A stretch of DNA of 64,000 nucleotides from an uncultured bacterium (GTDB lineage: Bacteria > Planctomycetota > UBA1135 > GCA-002686595): positions 992,001 through 1,056,000 of the forward strand of contig CALSNU010000001.1 in assembly GCA_943787795.1 (NCBI GenBank), read 5' to 3'. Below are positions 1 through 11,600 of this stretch, in pieces. Numbering within the stretch: position 1 is the first letter of the stretch; the number at the start of each line of letters is the position of its first letter. Position numbers and translations under genes: made by a program. Below the pieces are notes generated by a model. It did not search any database. It had not been told where the DNA came from and saw only the letters and a list, made by a program, of their open reading frames with translations.

Positions 1-1
1 C

Positions 2-1030
2 CAGGCCGTCATCCGGCCCGAGTCGGGCGCGGGTGGGCTCGAGGGCCTGCAGCGGGTGCAGTCGCTGCTGAAGAACGATGAGGGGGACGCGGAGCCGTTC
101 TCGGTGCGGACCATCGAGCGGATGATCGCGGGCAAGGTGCGCAACTTCGGCGCCTCCAGCCGCTTCGTCCCCGACGAGGAGAACCCCGCGCTGCGCACGG
201 TGCTGTGCGAGTTCTTCACCAACGGGCACCTGGGCTCCGAGGAGCGCGGCGGCGCCATCGGCGGGGCGCTGGCCTTCGAGGGCCTCGAGGGCCGCTTCGA
301 CCCCGAGCACGTGGTGCTGCTGCAGTACCACCTCCCCGCGCCCCAGCCGGACGCCCTGTGCTCCAGCGTGGCCCGGACAAGGGCCTCCGTCCTGGGCGTA
401 GGGGACCCGACGGTGATGGTGCTCGACGGCAAGACGGGCTCGCCCGGAGCAGGACGCTGGCGCCAGGCCGAGGCGATCTACGACCGCGCGCGCAAGATCG
501 CCGTGAAGCGCATGGCGAAGCTCACCGACTACGACGTCGACATCTCCGCGCGGATCGAGGGCGACCGGGTGGTGGGCTCCGCGATCGTGACCGGCGCAGA
601 GGAGACTGGGCTGCGCGTCCAGGTGCTCCTCGCGGAGGCCGCGGTGCTCTATCCCGGCTCCAGCGGAGTGGTGGTTCACCGCCACGTGGCCCGCGCGTCG
701 CTGCTCGGCGACGACATGGGCGCCTGGTTTGAGCCGGAGGAATTCGAGCAGGAGTTCAGCTTTGACCGCAGCCTCACGGAGATCGAGTCCGAGCAGGTCG
801 CCTTCCTCGGCGAACTGGAGGCCGAGGGCCTCGGGACCGCGCCGTTGATCTCCACCCGGGTGGATCCGGCGGAGGCGCGGGTCGTGGCGTTCCTCTACGA
901 CGGGAGCACCGGCGAGGTGTTGGCGGCCTATTCGGTCAAGCCGACCGCGGCCGACGGCGCCGCGGGTGTCACCGAGCCGAGCGAGGAGGCCCCGCAGGAC
1001 GCTGATGGCGCCGGGAGCGGCGGGCGGTGA
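2..1030 (+). CDS. 5'-truncated hypothetical protein; C-terminal thioredoxin-like (DUF1223/Omp28-like) domain plus beta-rich domain, no CxxC
   Basis: Frame is open from base 2. 'TVLCEFFT...AFEGL...VVLLQYHLPAPQPD...PTVMVLDGK' resembles DUF1223/Omp28-type Trx folds. Stop overlaps the next start (GTGA). Confidence 0.6.
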   Translation, partial: QAVIRPESGAGGLEGLQRVQSLLKNDEGDAEPFSVRTIERMIAGKVRNFGASSRFVPDEENPALRTVLCEFFTNGHLGSEERGGAIGGALAFEGLEGRFDPEHVVLLQYHLPAPQPDALCSSVARTRASVLGVGDPTVMVLDGKTGSPGAGRWRQAEAIYDRARKIAVKRMAKLTDYDVDISARIEGDRVVGSAIVTGAEETGLRVQVLLAEAAVLYPGSSGVVVHRHVARASLLGDDMGAWFEPEEFEQEFSFDRSLTEIESEQVAFLGELEAEGLGTAPLISTRVDPAEARVVAFLYDGSTGEVLAAYSVKPTAADGAAGVTEPSEEAPQDADGAGSGGR

Positions 1031-2553
1031 GCGCCGACCAGGACCTCACCCGCGACCTCGATCAGATCGAGGGGCGCGCAGGCTCCATGCTCCAGGGCGT
1101 CGAGTCCCGGGCGGCGTTCATGGCGGCGGGCTTCCGGGCGCTGCCGCTGCTGGCCGCGGTGCCGGCGGCCTTCGTCCTCATCCAGCTCATGCGCTGGGCA
1201 GGGGGCGGTGAGCCCGCCATTCTCCCGCTGCCCTTCGTGCTGCTGCTCAGCCTCCTCGCGCCGGGGATCCCCGCCGCGAGAGCGGCGGCCGCCGCCCGGG
1301 CGAGCCGGATCTCTCGAGCCCGCGCCCTCGCGGAGGCCGACCGGCAGCTGGACCTCTCGGACCGGCTGGTGACCGCTGACGAATTCCTGCGCCACGGCGC
1401 CCGGACCGGCTTCCAGCAGGCCGCGGTGGAGGACGCCGCGCGGCGCAGCGAGGCGGCCGCGAGCTCCGCGCTCGAGGCCCCGGAAGCGGCGATCGCCGGG
1501 TCACGAGGGCTGCCGGCGTGGGGCGCGCTCTCGGTCGTCCTGCTGGCGCTCTCCGCATGGGTCAGCACGTTCGAGCCGCGGCCCGTGGGCGGCGGAGGGT
1601 TGACCGAGACCGCGGCCGCCGAGGCCGGAGAACCGCTCGACGAGGAGGCCGCCGAGGACGCGGTGACGGCCGAGGATCGCGCGGCCCCCGCGCCGCCCGA
1701 GGCCGTGCCCACGGAGCGCCGCGCCCAGGACCCCGCCGAGGCCAAGCGGTCGGAGAGCGGCGAGGACGTGGACGACTCCGTGAAGGAGTCCTCCGGCCGC
1801 ACCGGCGCGGGCCGCTCCTCCGGCGCGCTCTCTTCCTCCGCGGCCAGCGAGTCGCGCAGCGCGCCCTCCACCCAGGGCCAGTCGTCGAAGCCGGCCGAGC
1901 GCGATAAGAAGAAGCGCGAGTCCAAGAAGAAGAAGGAGCGCAAGACCGGCGAGCAGCCGACCCCTGAGCGCCGCCCCGAGGACGAGCAGTCCGGCGCGAC
2001 GGCGGGGAAGGGCTCCTCCAAGGGCTCGAACCGCAACCCCACGGCGTCCGAGTGGCAGAGCAAGGATCAGGTGACCGAGGTCGACGACCAAGAGGTCGAG
2101 GACGACGAGGACACCGACGAGGACGAGGAGGAGCAGGAGAACCGCGGCGGCGTCCAGCCGAGCCTCAGGGACCGCCGCCCGCCGGTGAGCCGCGACCTCC
2201 AGATCGGCTTCGGCAACCGCGCCAACCCCGACGCCAACGGGCGGGGCGGCCCCTCCGAGCAGAAGAAGTCACGGGGCGTCGCGTCCCTGGTCCTCGGCGT
2301 CCCCGTGCCCGACCGGGTCAAGGGCCGCCCCGGCCCCGGCCCGACGAAGATCACCCAGGAGCGCATCGAGCCCCAGGCCGAGGAGGCCGGCGCCCTCGTC
2401 GCCTCTGCCCGGGCCGCGCGCTCACGCCCCGTCCCCGCCCTCTCCAGCGTCGAACTCGGCCCCCAGCTCCGCGAGCTGGTGCGCGCCTACTTCCTCGCGC
2501 GCCGCGCCGCGGCGCCCCCGGCTGCAGCGCCCCCTGCACGCAAGCCGCAATAG
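1027..2553 (+). CDS. Membrane protein with long low-complexity acidic/Gly-Ser C-terminal region (MoxR-cluster associated)
   Basis: Three hydrophobic segments followed by D/E/S/G/K-rich tail. Coupled to the upstream gene, high GC3. Confidence 0.75.
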   Translation: MSADQDLTRDLDQIEGRAGSMLQGVESRAAFMAAGFRALPLLAAVPAAFVLIQLMRWAGGGEPAILPLPFVLLLSLLAPGIPAARAAAAARASRISRARALAEADRQLDLSDRLVTADEFLRHGARTGFQQAAVEDAARRSEAAASSALEAPEAAIAGSRGLPAWGALSVVLLALSAWVSTFEPRPVGGGGLTETAAAEAGEPLDEEAAEDAVTAEDRAAPAPPEAVPTERRAQDPAEAKRSESGEDVDDSVKESSGRTGAGRSSGALSSSAASESRSAPSTQGQSSKPAERDKKKRESKKKKERKTGEQPTPERRPEDEQSGATAGKGSSKGSNRNPTASEWQSKDQVTEVDDQEVEDDEDTDEDEEEQENRGGVQPSLRDRRPPVSRDLQIGFGNRANPDANGRGGPSEQKKSRGVASLVLGVPVPDRVKGRPGPGPTKITQERIEPQAEEAGALVASARAARSRPVPALSSVELGPQLRELVRAYFLARRAAAPPAAAPPARKPQ

Positions 2554-2596
2554 CCCCCTCACCGTCTCCACCGAGCCACGGAAAGCCCCTGTTCCC

Positions 2597-3613
2597 ATGA
2601 CTGATCCCAACGCCGACGCCGCGCGCGCCGATGCCCAGCGTTTCCGCGAGACCTACGAGTCCATCCGAGCCGAGGTCTCCCGACGCATGGTCGGCCAGGC
2701 CGACGTCATCGAGGGGGTGCTGACGGCGCTCCTCGCGGGCGGCCACGTGCTGCTCGAGGGCGTGCCTGGGCTCGGCAAGACCATGCTGGTCTCTTCCCTG
2801 GGTGAGGCGCTGAAGCTCAGCTTCAGCCGGATCCAGTTCACCCCCGACATGATGCCGGCGGACGTGCGCGGCACGTCGGTGCTGGTGGAGAGCGAGGGCG
2901 GCGGCCACGAGCTGCAGTTCGAGCAGGGACCCATCGTGGCCAACCTGGTGCTCGCGGACGAGATCAACCGGGCGACGCCCAAGACCCAATCGGCGCTCCT
3001 CGAGGCCATGCAGGAGCGGCAGCTCACCATCGGGCGCCGCACCATCAAGCTCGAGGAGCCGTTCTGCGTCATGGCGACCCAGAACCCGGTGGAGCAGGAG
3101 GGCACGTACCCGCTGCCCGAGGCCCAGCTGGACCGCTTCCTCTTCAAGCTCGTGGTGGGCTACCCCGAGGAGGGCGACTACCGGGAGATCCTCCGCCGGA
3201 CCACCGGCGAGCAGGAGGTCGAGCTCAGCTCCGTCTCCAACGCCGACACCATCAACGCCATGCGCAGCACCGTGCGCCAGGTCCCCGTCCCCGAGCACGC
3301 CGAGGACTACGCCATCCGCCTCGTCATGGGGACCCAGCCCGGCAGCGCCTACGCGCCTGAGCTCGTGAACCGCTATGTCTCCCTGGGGTCGAGCCCCCGC
3401 GGGGCCCAGGCGCTCCTGCTCGGCGCCAAGGTGAAGGCGCTCCTCGCGGGCCGCTTCGCCGTGGCCACCGAGGACATCGCCGCCGTCGCGCGTCCGGTGC
3501 TCCGCCACCGCGTGCTCCTCGGCTTCGAGGGGCTCTCCGAGGGCGTCACCACCGACCAGGTGGTGGACGAGGTGCTGGCCAAGCTCCCGGTCCCCCAGGA
3601 GGCGGCCGGTTGA
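2597..3613 (+). CDS. moxR: MoxR-family AAA+ ATPase
   Basis: GHVLLEGVPGLGKT (Walker A), RIQFTPDMMPAD, LADEINRATPKTQSALLEAM, ATQNPVEQEGTYPLPEAQLDRF. Confidence 0.97.
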   Translation: MTDPNADAARADAQRFRETYESIRAEVSRRMVGQADVIEGVLTALLAGGHVLLEGVPGLGKTMLVSSLGEALKLSFSRIQFTPDMMPADVRGTSVLVESEGGGHELQFEQGPIVANLVLADEINRATPKTQSALLEAMQERQLTIGRRTIKLEEPFCVMATQNPVEQEGTYPLPEAQLDRFLFKLVVGYPEEGDYREILRRTTGEQEVELSSVSNADTINAMRSTVRQVPVPEHAEDYAIRLVMGTQPGSAYAPELVNRYVSLGSSPRGAQALLLGAKVKALLAGRFAVATEDIAAVARPVLRHRVLLGFEGLSEGVTTDQVVDEVLAKLPVPQEAAG

Positions 3614-4527
3614 TCGAGGAGGGCCGCGACCCCGCCGGCCTCGAGTCGGGCCAGCTGTTCGACGCCGCGTTCCTCGCGGCGGCGCAGCGGCTCCGTCTCG
3701 TGGCTCGACGCGTGGCGCCACGCGGCCGCTTCGCCGACCAGCGCTCCAAGGACCGCGGCTCCGGCCTCGAGTTCCAGGACTACCGCCCCTACGTGGCGGG
3801 CGATGACCTGCGGGCCATCGACTGGACCGTGTACCGGCGTCTCGGCCGCGTCTTCCTGCGCCTCTTCGAGGAGCACGAGGACCTCCCGCTCTACCTGCTC
3901 CCCGACGTCTCGCGGAGCGCCTGGGTGGAGAGCGAGCCGCGCGCGGTGCCCGGCCTCCAGGCGTGCCTCGCCCTCGCGGCCGTCGCACTGGGCCAGCACG
4001 ACAGCGTGGGGGTCTTCCCCTTCGCCGATGACCTGACCGTCCTCCAGCGACCCACCTCCGGCAAGAACCGGGTCATGGAGCTCGCGCACCGGCTGGAGAG
4101 CGTCACGCCGGGCGGGGAGACCGACCTCGGCACGGCGCTGCGCCGCTTCCGCGGCCTCGGCCTGCGCGAGGGCCTCGTGGTCATCGTCTCGGACTTCTTC
4201 GACCCCGGCGGGATCGAGGCGGTCACCGAGGCCCTCTCGGGGCTCCGGCACCGGCTCCTCCTGGTTCAGCTCGTGCGGAGCTCTGACCGTGAGCCCTCCT
4301 GGGCGCGCGGAGACCTGCGGCTCGTGGACTGCGAGAGCGGGGACGCCCAGGACGTGTCGGTCACGCCCCAGGTGCTCGATCGCTACCGCGCGGCCTATGA
4401 CCGCTTCGCCGAGGGGCTCGCGGACCTCGCGCGCCGCCGCGGCGCGGGGCTGCTCGCTCTGGATGTGGAGTCCGACGTGATCCCCCAGGTGGCGGACCTC
4501 TTCGAGAACGGGAGGCGCGAAGTTTGA
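3610..4527 (+). CDS. DUF58 domain protein (VWA-like)
   Basis: GSGLEFQDYRPYVAGDDLRAIDW, DVSRS, VVIVSDFFD. Directly follows moxR. Confidence 0.93.
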   Translation: MIEEGRDPAGLESGQLFDAAFLAAAQRLRLVARRVAPRGRFADQRSKDRGSGLEFQDYRPYVAGDDLRAIDWTVYRRLGRVFLRLFEEHEDLPLYLLPDVSRSAWVESEPRAVPGLQACLALAAVALGQHDSVGVFPFADDLTVLQRPTSGKNRVMELAHRLESVTPGGETDLGTALRRFRGLGLREGLVVIVSDFFDPGGIEAVTEALSGLRHRLLLVQLVRSSDREPSWARGDLRLVDCESGDAQDVSVTPQVLDRYRAAYDRFAEGLADLARRRGAGLLALDVESDVIPQVADLFENGRREV

Positions 4528-6206
4528 CCTTCACCGCGCTCTCCGGCTCCGCGCTCCTCGGCGGGCTCGTCGCCACGGCCGCCGTGCTCTACGCGCTGCA
4601 GCGCCTGCGCGTGCGCCACGAGTCGCGCACGGTGGTGACCTCGCTCTTCTGGCGCGAGGCCACCGAGGAGACCCGCGCGCGCTCGCTCTTCGAGCGCTTC
4701 CGGCACCCGCTGGCGTACGCCATGGCGCTCCTGTGCGCGGGGCTGATGCTCCTCGGCGCGGGGCGCCTCGACGCGGACCGTGATGAGGGCCTGCGCCACG
4801 TCCTCCTCCTGGACGCATCCGCTGGCATGGCCCGCACCGTGGGCGAGACCACTCGCTTCGCACAAGCCCAGGCCGCGCTCGCCGCGGAGCTGGAGCAGAG
4901 CCCCCGCGACCGCACGGAGGTGCTGTGGTGCGGCGAGCACGTGCGGACGATCCTCGCGCCTGGGGAAGACCGCGCCCTCCTAGGGCCGCGGCTCGCCGGC
5001 CGGAACCCCGACCTCGCCCCGGGGACCCTGGACCGGGCGCTTCGCTCGAGGGCCAGCATGGGGGACGGGGAAGGCGCCGGTCGCCGCTTCGTCCTCTTCG
5101 GCGACACGCCCGTGGCGCCCTCCACCCTGGCCGCGCTCGGCGCGGACGAGCGGGTGGAGCGAGCGGCCCTCGCACCCGTCATCGACGGCGGCGTGGGCAT
5201 CACCGCCATGGGGGTCTCGGAGCCGGCCTCGGGCCGCTGGGGCATGGTGGACCTCTTCATCGAGACCCGAGGCGGCTCGACCAGCCTCTTCGACCTCATC
5301 TTGACCCTCGACGGCGAGCGCTTCGAGCGTGGCGTTGTGATCGGCACGGACGGGGATCGTCGCGGCTTCCTGATCTCCGATGTTCCCGCCGCGGGGGCGC
5401 TGCTCGAAGCGCGCCTCGACACGGCTGGAGAGGCAGCGGACGGTGACCTTGTGGCCGACGACGTGGCGTCGATCCGGCTCCCCAGTCGCCCGCCGATCCG
5501 AGTCGCCGTGGACGGTCTGGCCCCGGCGTTCGGAGCTGCGGTCCGCGCCGTCCTTGCGGCGGACACCGCCGTGGAGCTGGTGGAGGGAGCGGGTGAGGCC
5601 GACGTGGTCGTCGGCGGTGCCTCAGCGGGCCGTCCGTCCCTGCGCTTTCCCTCCTCTACCGACCAGGAGGAGGCGATCCTCATCGGGCACGACCGCGAGG
5701 AGGACTCCAACTCGGCGCTCGCGAGCGCGGTGGGGGAGCTCGGCCTGGACCGCGTGGACGCCTCCGCCCTCGCGGAGTCCCTCGGCCGGCCCCTCGCCGT
5801 CGGTGCGCTCCCCTCCGACGTCCGGAGCGTGGCCATCTGGTCCGACCTCATGGACCCGAGCCGCACGAGCTTCCTCGAGAGCCGTGCGTTCCCTGTGCTG
5901 GTGGGCCGGTCCATCCGGTGGCTCGCGGCGGTCCCTGACCTGACGCCTTATCGCGCCATCGGCCGGCTCGAACCGACCGCCCTCGACGGGGCGCGATCGT
6001 CGCTCGCGGCGATGGTGACCGTGGACCTCGACGCGGCGTCGCTCCTGGACCCGGCGACGACCGCGCCGGTGACGGCGGGCGTCTCCCTCGCCGAGCCCAG
6101 CCCCGAAGGCGCGGGCCCGTGGCGCCTGTACACCTGGGTCCTCCTCCTTGCCCTCGCCGCCCTCTCGGCGGAGTGGGCCCTCTTCCAGCGCGGACGCATG
6201 CCCTGA
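4524..6206 (+). CDS. BatA-like N-terminal domain / VWA membrane protein
   Basis: N-terminal double TM with 'VVTSLFW', degenerate MIDAS 'LLDASAGM', C-terminal TM ending 'AEWALFQRG'. Confidence 0.8.
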   Translation: MTFTALSGSALLGGLVATAAVLYALQRLRVRHESRTVVTSLFWREATEETRARSLFERFRHPLAYAMALLCAGLMLLGAGRLDADRDEGLRHVLLLDASAGMARTVGETTRFAQAQAALAAELEQSPRDRTEVLWCGEHVRTILAPGEDRALLGPRLAGRNPDLAPGTLDRALRSRASMGDGEGAGRRFVLFGDTPVAPSTLAALGADERVERAALAPVIDGGVGITAMGVSEPASGRWGMVDLFIETRGGSTSLFDLILTLDGERFERGVVIGTDGDRRGFLISDVPAAGALLEARLDTAGEAADGDLVADDVASIRLPSRPPIRVAVDGLAPAFGAAVRAVLAADTAVELVEGAGEADVVVGGASAGRPSLRFPSSTDQEEAILIGHDREEDSNSALASAVGELGLDRVDASALAESLGRPLAVGALPSDVRSVAIWSDLMDPSRTSFLESRAFPVLVGRSIRWLAAVPDLTPYRAIGRLEPTALDGARSSLAAMVTVDLDAASLLDPATTAPVTAGVSLAEPSPEGAGPWRLYTWVLLLALAALSAEWALFQRGRMP

Positions 6207-6211
6207 ACGTC

Positions 6212-8698
6212 ATGCAGTTCCTCCAGCCCACACTTCTCCTCCTCTGCGTGGTGGCGCTCCTCCCCTGGGTCGGGCCGCTCCGCACCCGCGACCGGGCCCA
6301 CGCGCTGCTGCGGTCCCTCGCGCTCCTGCTGATCGTCTTCGCCGCGGCTCGTCCGGTTTCGCGGGCGGTCGATGGCGGCGTTCACCGTGTGGTGGTCATC
6401 GATCGAACGTACAGCGTCACCGAGCAGGCCGACGGGACGGCGCGCGAGCTCTTGACCGCGGCGATCGCCGGGCGGCTCCCGGAGGAGTCCTTCACGGTGG
6501 TGGAGCTCGGCGGCGACGGCCGACCGGCCCTCGAGGCATTCGAGGGCGTCGAGCGCCGCACGGTGATGGACGCCGGCGGGTCTTCGCTTGGGCGCGCCCT
6601 CGAGGCGGCCCTGCGCGGGATCCCCGACGGGGCGCGCGATGCCTCCGTGACCGTCCTCTCGGACGGTCTCGCCACCGACGACCGAGGCGGCGCTCACTGG
6701 GCCGCGGCCCTCGCGGACGCGGCGGCTCGCGGTGTCAGCGTGGAATGGACGGTCCTTGACGGGGCGGCGGGCGACCTGAGGCCCGTTGGGCTGGACGTCG
6801 TCGGCGCCCTGGGCCAGGTCGGCCAGCAGGTGAACCTGGACGTGACCCTCGTGGGCGGTGGGCAGGTGGTGAGCTGCACCCTGATCGGACCGGAGGGCGA
6901 GCTCGACCGGGCAGAGGGCGTCGCGGTGGACGGACGCATCCGGCTGCGCCTGGGGTTCGAGCCGGAGGTTGCCGGGTTCATGGATCTGGCCGTCGAGGTC
7001 GAGGTCACGGACGGCGCCGACCCCGTGGGCGGAGACCTGCGGATCGAGCGCACCCTCTGCGTGCAGGACCCCACCCGCGTCCTCTACCTCGGCGACCGCG
7101 TGGCGGGCGGCGGCGAAGCGTTGGCTGACCTCGTAGGGGGAGGCTTCGAGGTGGAGGTGGCCGACGGGATGCCGTCACCGGAGTCACTCGATCGCGCGGA
7201 GCTGGTGGTCCTCGATGACCGCCCCGCGACCGCCGTGCCCGAGGCGTGGCAGGAGGAGCTCGTCCAGCGCGTTTCTGCCGGCAGCGTTGGCCTGCTGGCC
7301 GCGGGCGGCGACGCCGCCTTCGGCCCCGGCGGCTTCCACGATCAGCCCCTGGAGGAGATCCTCCCGGTGGAGTTCGTCCAGAAGGAGGAGAAGCGCGACC
7401 CCAGCACGACGCTCGTGGTGATCATCGACACCTCGGGCTCCATGGGCGGCAACCGGGTGCAGCTCGCCAAGGAGGTGGCGCGGCTCTCCATCCGCCGTCT
7501 CTTGCCCCACGACAAGGTGGGCCTGGTGGAGTTCTACGGCGCCAAGCGCTGGGCGGTTCCGATCCAGCCCGCGTCGAACTCCATCGAGATCGAGCGCGCC
7601 CTCAACCGCCTCGACGCGGGCGGCGGCACGGTGATCCTGCCCGCCATCGAGGAGGCCTACTACGGGCTCAAGAACGTCCGCACGCGCTTCAAGCACGTGA
7701 TGATCCTGACCGACGGCGGGGTGGAAACAGGCGCCTTCGAGCCGCTCCTGCGCCGCATGGCCCAGGAGGGCATGAACGTCTCTACGGTCCTGATCGGATC
7801 GGACGCCCACTCCGAGTTCCTTGTGGGGCTCGCGAACTGGGGGCAGGGGCGCTTCTACTCCGTGCCCAACCGGTTCAACCTCCCGGAGATCCTCCTCAAG
7901 CAGCCGGCGAGCGCCAAGCTGCCCGCCTATCGGCCGGGGGTGGTTCAGGTGCGCGCCCGCGGCGGCGCCGCGTGGTGGGGGGAGGTGGACCCCGAGTCGA
8001 CGCCGCCGCTGGGAGGCTACGTGGAGACGCGGGCTCGTCCGGGGGCCGAGCGGGTCCTCGAGACTGCTGACGAGGGGCATCCCGTCCTCGCCTCCTGGCG
8101 CTACGGGCTCGGCCGCGTGAGCGCCCTGACCACCGAACCCACGGGTCCGGGGACCGAGCCCTGGCAGGGCTGGGACGGCTACGGCGAACTGATGGCCCGC
8201 GCCCTCGCGCGGACCGCTTCCGACACCGCCTCGCCCTTCGCGTTCCGCCTCGACCGGGACCCCGATGGTGCCCTCCTCGTGGCGGAACGCCGCGCAGCGG
8301 CCGCCGGCGCGCGACCCGCCGCCGAGCGCGTCGTGGAAGGCGCAGATGAGCCCGACCGTCTCGCGTTCGAGCAGGTCTCACCGGACCGCTTCGAGGTTCG
8401 GCTGCCCGCCCGTCAGGACGAGGGGCTCCGGGTGCTCGCGGGCGCCGCGGATCGACCGGCCCGGGAGCGCCTCGCCCTCGATGCCCTGGGCGGCGGCGTT
8501 CGCGAGCTGCAGGTCGACCCCGCTGTGGCCGGACGGTTCGGCGCGGCGCTGGCCGCCTCGCCTGCCGCGGAGCGAGAGGGGGGCGTGATCGCCCTGAGGG
8601 AGCTCTCCCCCTGGTTCGCCTTCCTCGGGCTCCTCGCCTACCTCCTCGACATCGCGTATCGACGCTGGCCCCGGGGCGAGACCCGACGCACCTCATGA
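6212..8698 (+). CDS. VWA-domain membrane protein with glutamine-amidotransferase-like (DUF1355-type) region
   Basis: ATG 6212 'MQFLQP'. Intact MIDAS 'IIDTSGSM', 'GGGT', 'ILTDG'; 'AFGPGGF..PLEEILPV'; 'PVLASWRYGLGRV'; terminal TMs. Confidence 0.88.
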   Translation: MQFLQPTLLLLCVVALLPWVGPLRTRDRAHALLRSLALLLIVFAAARPVSRAVDGGVHRVVVIDRTYSVTEQADGTARELLTAAIAGRLPEESFTVVELGGDGRPALEAFEGVERRTVMDAGGSSLGRALEAALRGIPDGARDASVTVLSDGLATDDRGGAHWAAALADAAARGVSVEWTVLDGAAGDLRPVGLDVVGALGQVGQQVNLDVTLVGGGQVVSCTLIGPEGELDRAEGVAVDGRIRLRLGFEPEVAGFMDLAVEVEVTDGADPVGGDLRIERTLCVQDPTRVLYLGDRVAGGGEALADLVGGGFEVEVADGMPSPESLDRAELVVLDDRPATAVPEAWQEELVQRVSAGSVGLLAAGGDAAFGPGGFHDQPLEEILPVEFVQKEEKRDPSTTLVVIIDTSGSMGGNRVQLAKEVARLSIRRLLPHDKVGLVEFYGAKRWAVPIQPASNSIEIERALNRLDAGGGTVILPAIEEAYYGLKNVRTRFKHVMILTDGGVETGAFEPLLRRMAQEGMNVSTVLIGSDAHSEFLVGLANWGQGRFYSVPNRFNLPEILLKQPASAKLPAYRPGVVQVRARGGAAWWGEVDPESTPPLGGYVETRARPGAERVLETADEGHPVLASWRYGLGRVSALTTEPTGPGTEPWQGWDGYGELMARALARTASDTASPFAFRLDRDPDGALLVAERRAAAAGARPAAERVVEGADEPDRLAFEQVSPDRFEVRLPARQDEGLRVLAGAADRPARERLALDALGGGVRELQVDPAVAGRFGAALAASPAAEREGGVIALRELSPWFAFLGLLAYLLDIAYRRWPRGETRRTS

Positions 8699-11600
8699 CC
8701 GACGCCCCCCGCGCCATGAACCGCCTCGCCCTCGCGCTGGCGCTTGCCTTCACGGGCTCCGTATCCACGGAACCCCTGGCGGCCCAGTCCATCCAGGGCG
8801 TCCGAATCCCGGCGCAGGGCTTCGCCGCGCTCAAGGGCGCCTCCGCCATGAAGCAGGGCGGCGCCGTCACCGTGATCAACAACGCTGCGGGCCAGGAGGG
8901 GCCCGCGCCGCCCGCTCCGGAGCTGGAGCCGGTGGTCAAGGAGCTCCCCCCTGAGCTCCTGGCGCGGCTCGCCGGGCTGGAGGGGCAGGGGCTCGACGCG
9001 GCCGCGGCCCGTTCCGAGGCCGGGGCGCTCTTCAGCGCCGCGGCGGCCTACCCGGGGGGCGTTGACCTCCTCAAGGACGAGCTCCGCAAGCTCTCCCGTG
9101 GCAAGAGCGACGCCGTCACCACGCGCCGGATCCTGGGCTGGGTGGCCTGGCGTCACGGCGACCTCAAGGACGCCGCTCGCGAGTTCAAGCGCCTCGCCAA
9201 GGACGAGGGCGACCTCGACAGTCGGCTCGCGCACGCGCAGCTCCTCGACGCCCGTGGGGAGGCAGAGGACGCCCTCGAGGCCTACGGTGCCCTGCTTCCT
9301 GATATCGAGGATCCCGAGCAGCGCACCCGCCTGCGGCTGCGCATGGCTTTGATGTCCATGGAGACCGGCGGGGAGGACCAGAAGGACGCCCTCGCGAGCT
9401 TCGCTAGCGAGCCTGGCGTCACGCCCGCGCTCCGGAACCGCTGCGCCACCGTGCTCGCGCTCCTCGGCCGGCCAGGTGAGGCGGCGGCGCTGTACGTGGT
9501 GCCGAGCGTGGCGCCGGACGGCGCGCCCACCGACGAGGTCAAGCGGCGCCGCAAGGCGGCGGCCAACGGGGAGCTGCGGGTCGCCGAGTGGTCGATCGGC
9601 GCCCAGGACTGGACGCGCGCCCAGGACGCCGCCTGGCGCGGCGTGCACCTTTCCACGGTGGCGAGGGAGCGGCGCTACGGGCTGACGCTCCTCGCCGAAG
9701 CGCACCGGGGCGACGGCTCTCTACCCGCCCTCCTCGAGCGCTTCGACGCCGAGCGCGCCGGGCTCCCGGCCGAGGCGCGCCGCATGTGGATCGAGCTACT
9801 CCGGGAGACCGGAGAGACCGACGAGGCCATCGCTATGACCCAGGGGGACTCGGCCGCGACCTTCAGCCGCGAGGACCGGGTTCGGCTGCTCGAGATGTAC
9901 CGCGAGGCCGACCGCGTCGAGGAGATGCTCGCCGTCTATGGGGAGTGGATCGCGGGCGAACCAGGTGAGCTGCTCTGGCGGCAGGGCCTCTGCCGCTACC
10001 ACCTCGAGAACGGGGACCGCGCGGCGGCCATCGAGGTCTGGGAGTCGTGGTTCTCCGAGATCGGCCCCGGCGCTGCTGAGCCCTCCTCGGTCCTCGAGGC
10101 GGCCGAGATGCTCCGGAGCCTCGGGCTCGATGACCTCGCGATCCGCGCCGCGGAGCGGGTCGTGGACGGGGCAGAGCTGCGGGAGACCGCGCTGCTGTTC
10201 CTCTTCGAGCTGAGCCTCGAGCGCGGTCGGATCGACGCCGCCCGGATGAGCCTGGACCGCTTGGATGAGCTGGCGCCCGCCGGATCGGCGGCGCGCATGC
10301 CGCTCTCCGATGGGTATGAGCGCATCGGCGAGCTCGAGGGCGCGGTCCGCACCCTCGAGGGGGTGCGCGCGGCGCGCGGCGAGGGGCGCGCGGGCGAAGA
10401 CCTTGAGATGCGGCTGGCGTGGCTGTACTCGGAGGTCGGCCGCGAGGAGCAGGCGCTGGAGCTCTGGCGGGAGCTGTGGCTGCGCGTGAAGTCGCTCTCG
10501 CGACGTCGCTTCGTGGAGGATCGCATGATGACCGTGGCCGCCCGGCTTGGCGTGCTCGCGGACATCGCCATCGACATCGAGCGCAAGCTGGTGCGCGGTG
10601 AGGCTACCGATCGAGACAGTGGCCTCCTCGTGCGCCTCTACACCAAGGTGGGCGACGCCGTGTCCGCGGCGGAGATCATCGATGAGTTCCTCAAGCTGAA
10701 GGGCGGTTCCGAGCTAGAGGCCCTCTCGGAGAAGGCGCGGGTCTACCTCGCCTGCAACGACTTCTTCAACTACGAGGAGGCCGTTGGTCGCCTCATCGAC
10801 ATCGACCCGGACGGTCGGCCCGACTACTACCGCCAGCTCGCCATGAGCCAGCTGGAGCGCGGCCGGCCCGACGAGGCGCGGACCACGCTCATGCGGCTGC
10901 AAGAGCTCCCCGGCGGGGACGACACGTCGGCGGAGTTCGAGGCCGGGGTGCTCTCGCTCTCCGGGATGCGGGAGGAGGCCATCGACGCGTACCGTCGCGG
11001 GCTGGTGGCGCACCCCGAGCGCATCGACTCGTACCTGCTGATGGCGGGCCTGATGAAGCAGGTCAAGCAGTCGGACCGCGCGGTGGGGATGTTCCAGTTC
11101 CTGGCGGAGACGGCGCCCAAGGACGACGTCTTCACCATCGCCATCGACGGGCTGCTGAACATGCTCGTGGAGGCGCCGCCCCGACCGGAGATGGTGCAGT
11201 GGGCGCGCCGGATCACCCTGGAGCGCCTCGCCGGCCGTGAGGACGCCGCGTACCTCTACCAGCTCCTCGCGGACCTCGCAGAGGAGACCGGCGACGATGA
11301 GGCGCAGGTCACGGCCCTCCAGAGCCTGCTCGCGTCCGCCGGCCCACGCCGGGCCTCGGTGCTGCGGGAGCTGATGGAGCTCTCGAAGCCCGCCCGCGCG
11401 AGCTTCAACGTCAAGGGTCGCAAGGGGGACGAGGCGCAGCTCCTGGCCTTCGGTCGGCGCCTGGTGGGGCTGGGCGAGATGGTCCCGCCGGAGGTCTTCC
11501 TCGACCTCGGAGACGCCTTCCTCGAGGCGGGGGACGAGCGCTCCGCGGCGCGGACCTTCGACCTCACGCGGGAGTTCCCCGACGGGGAGATGTACCAGAA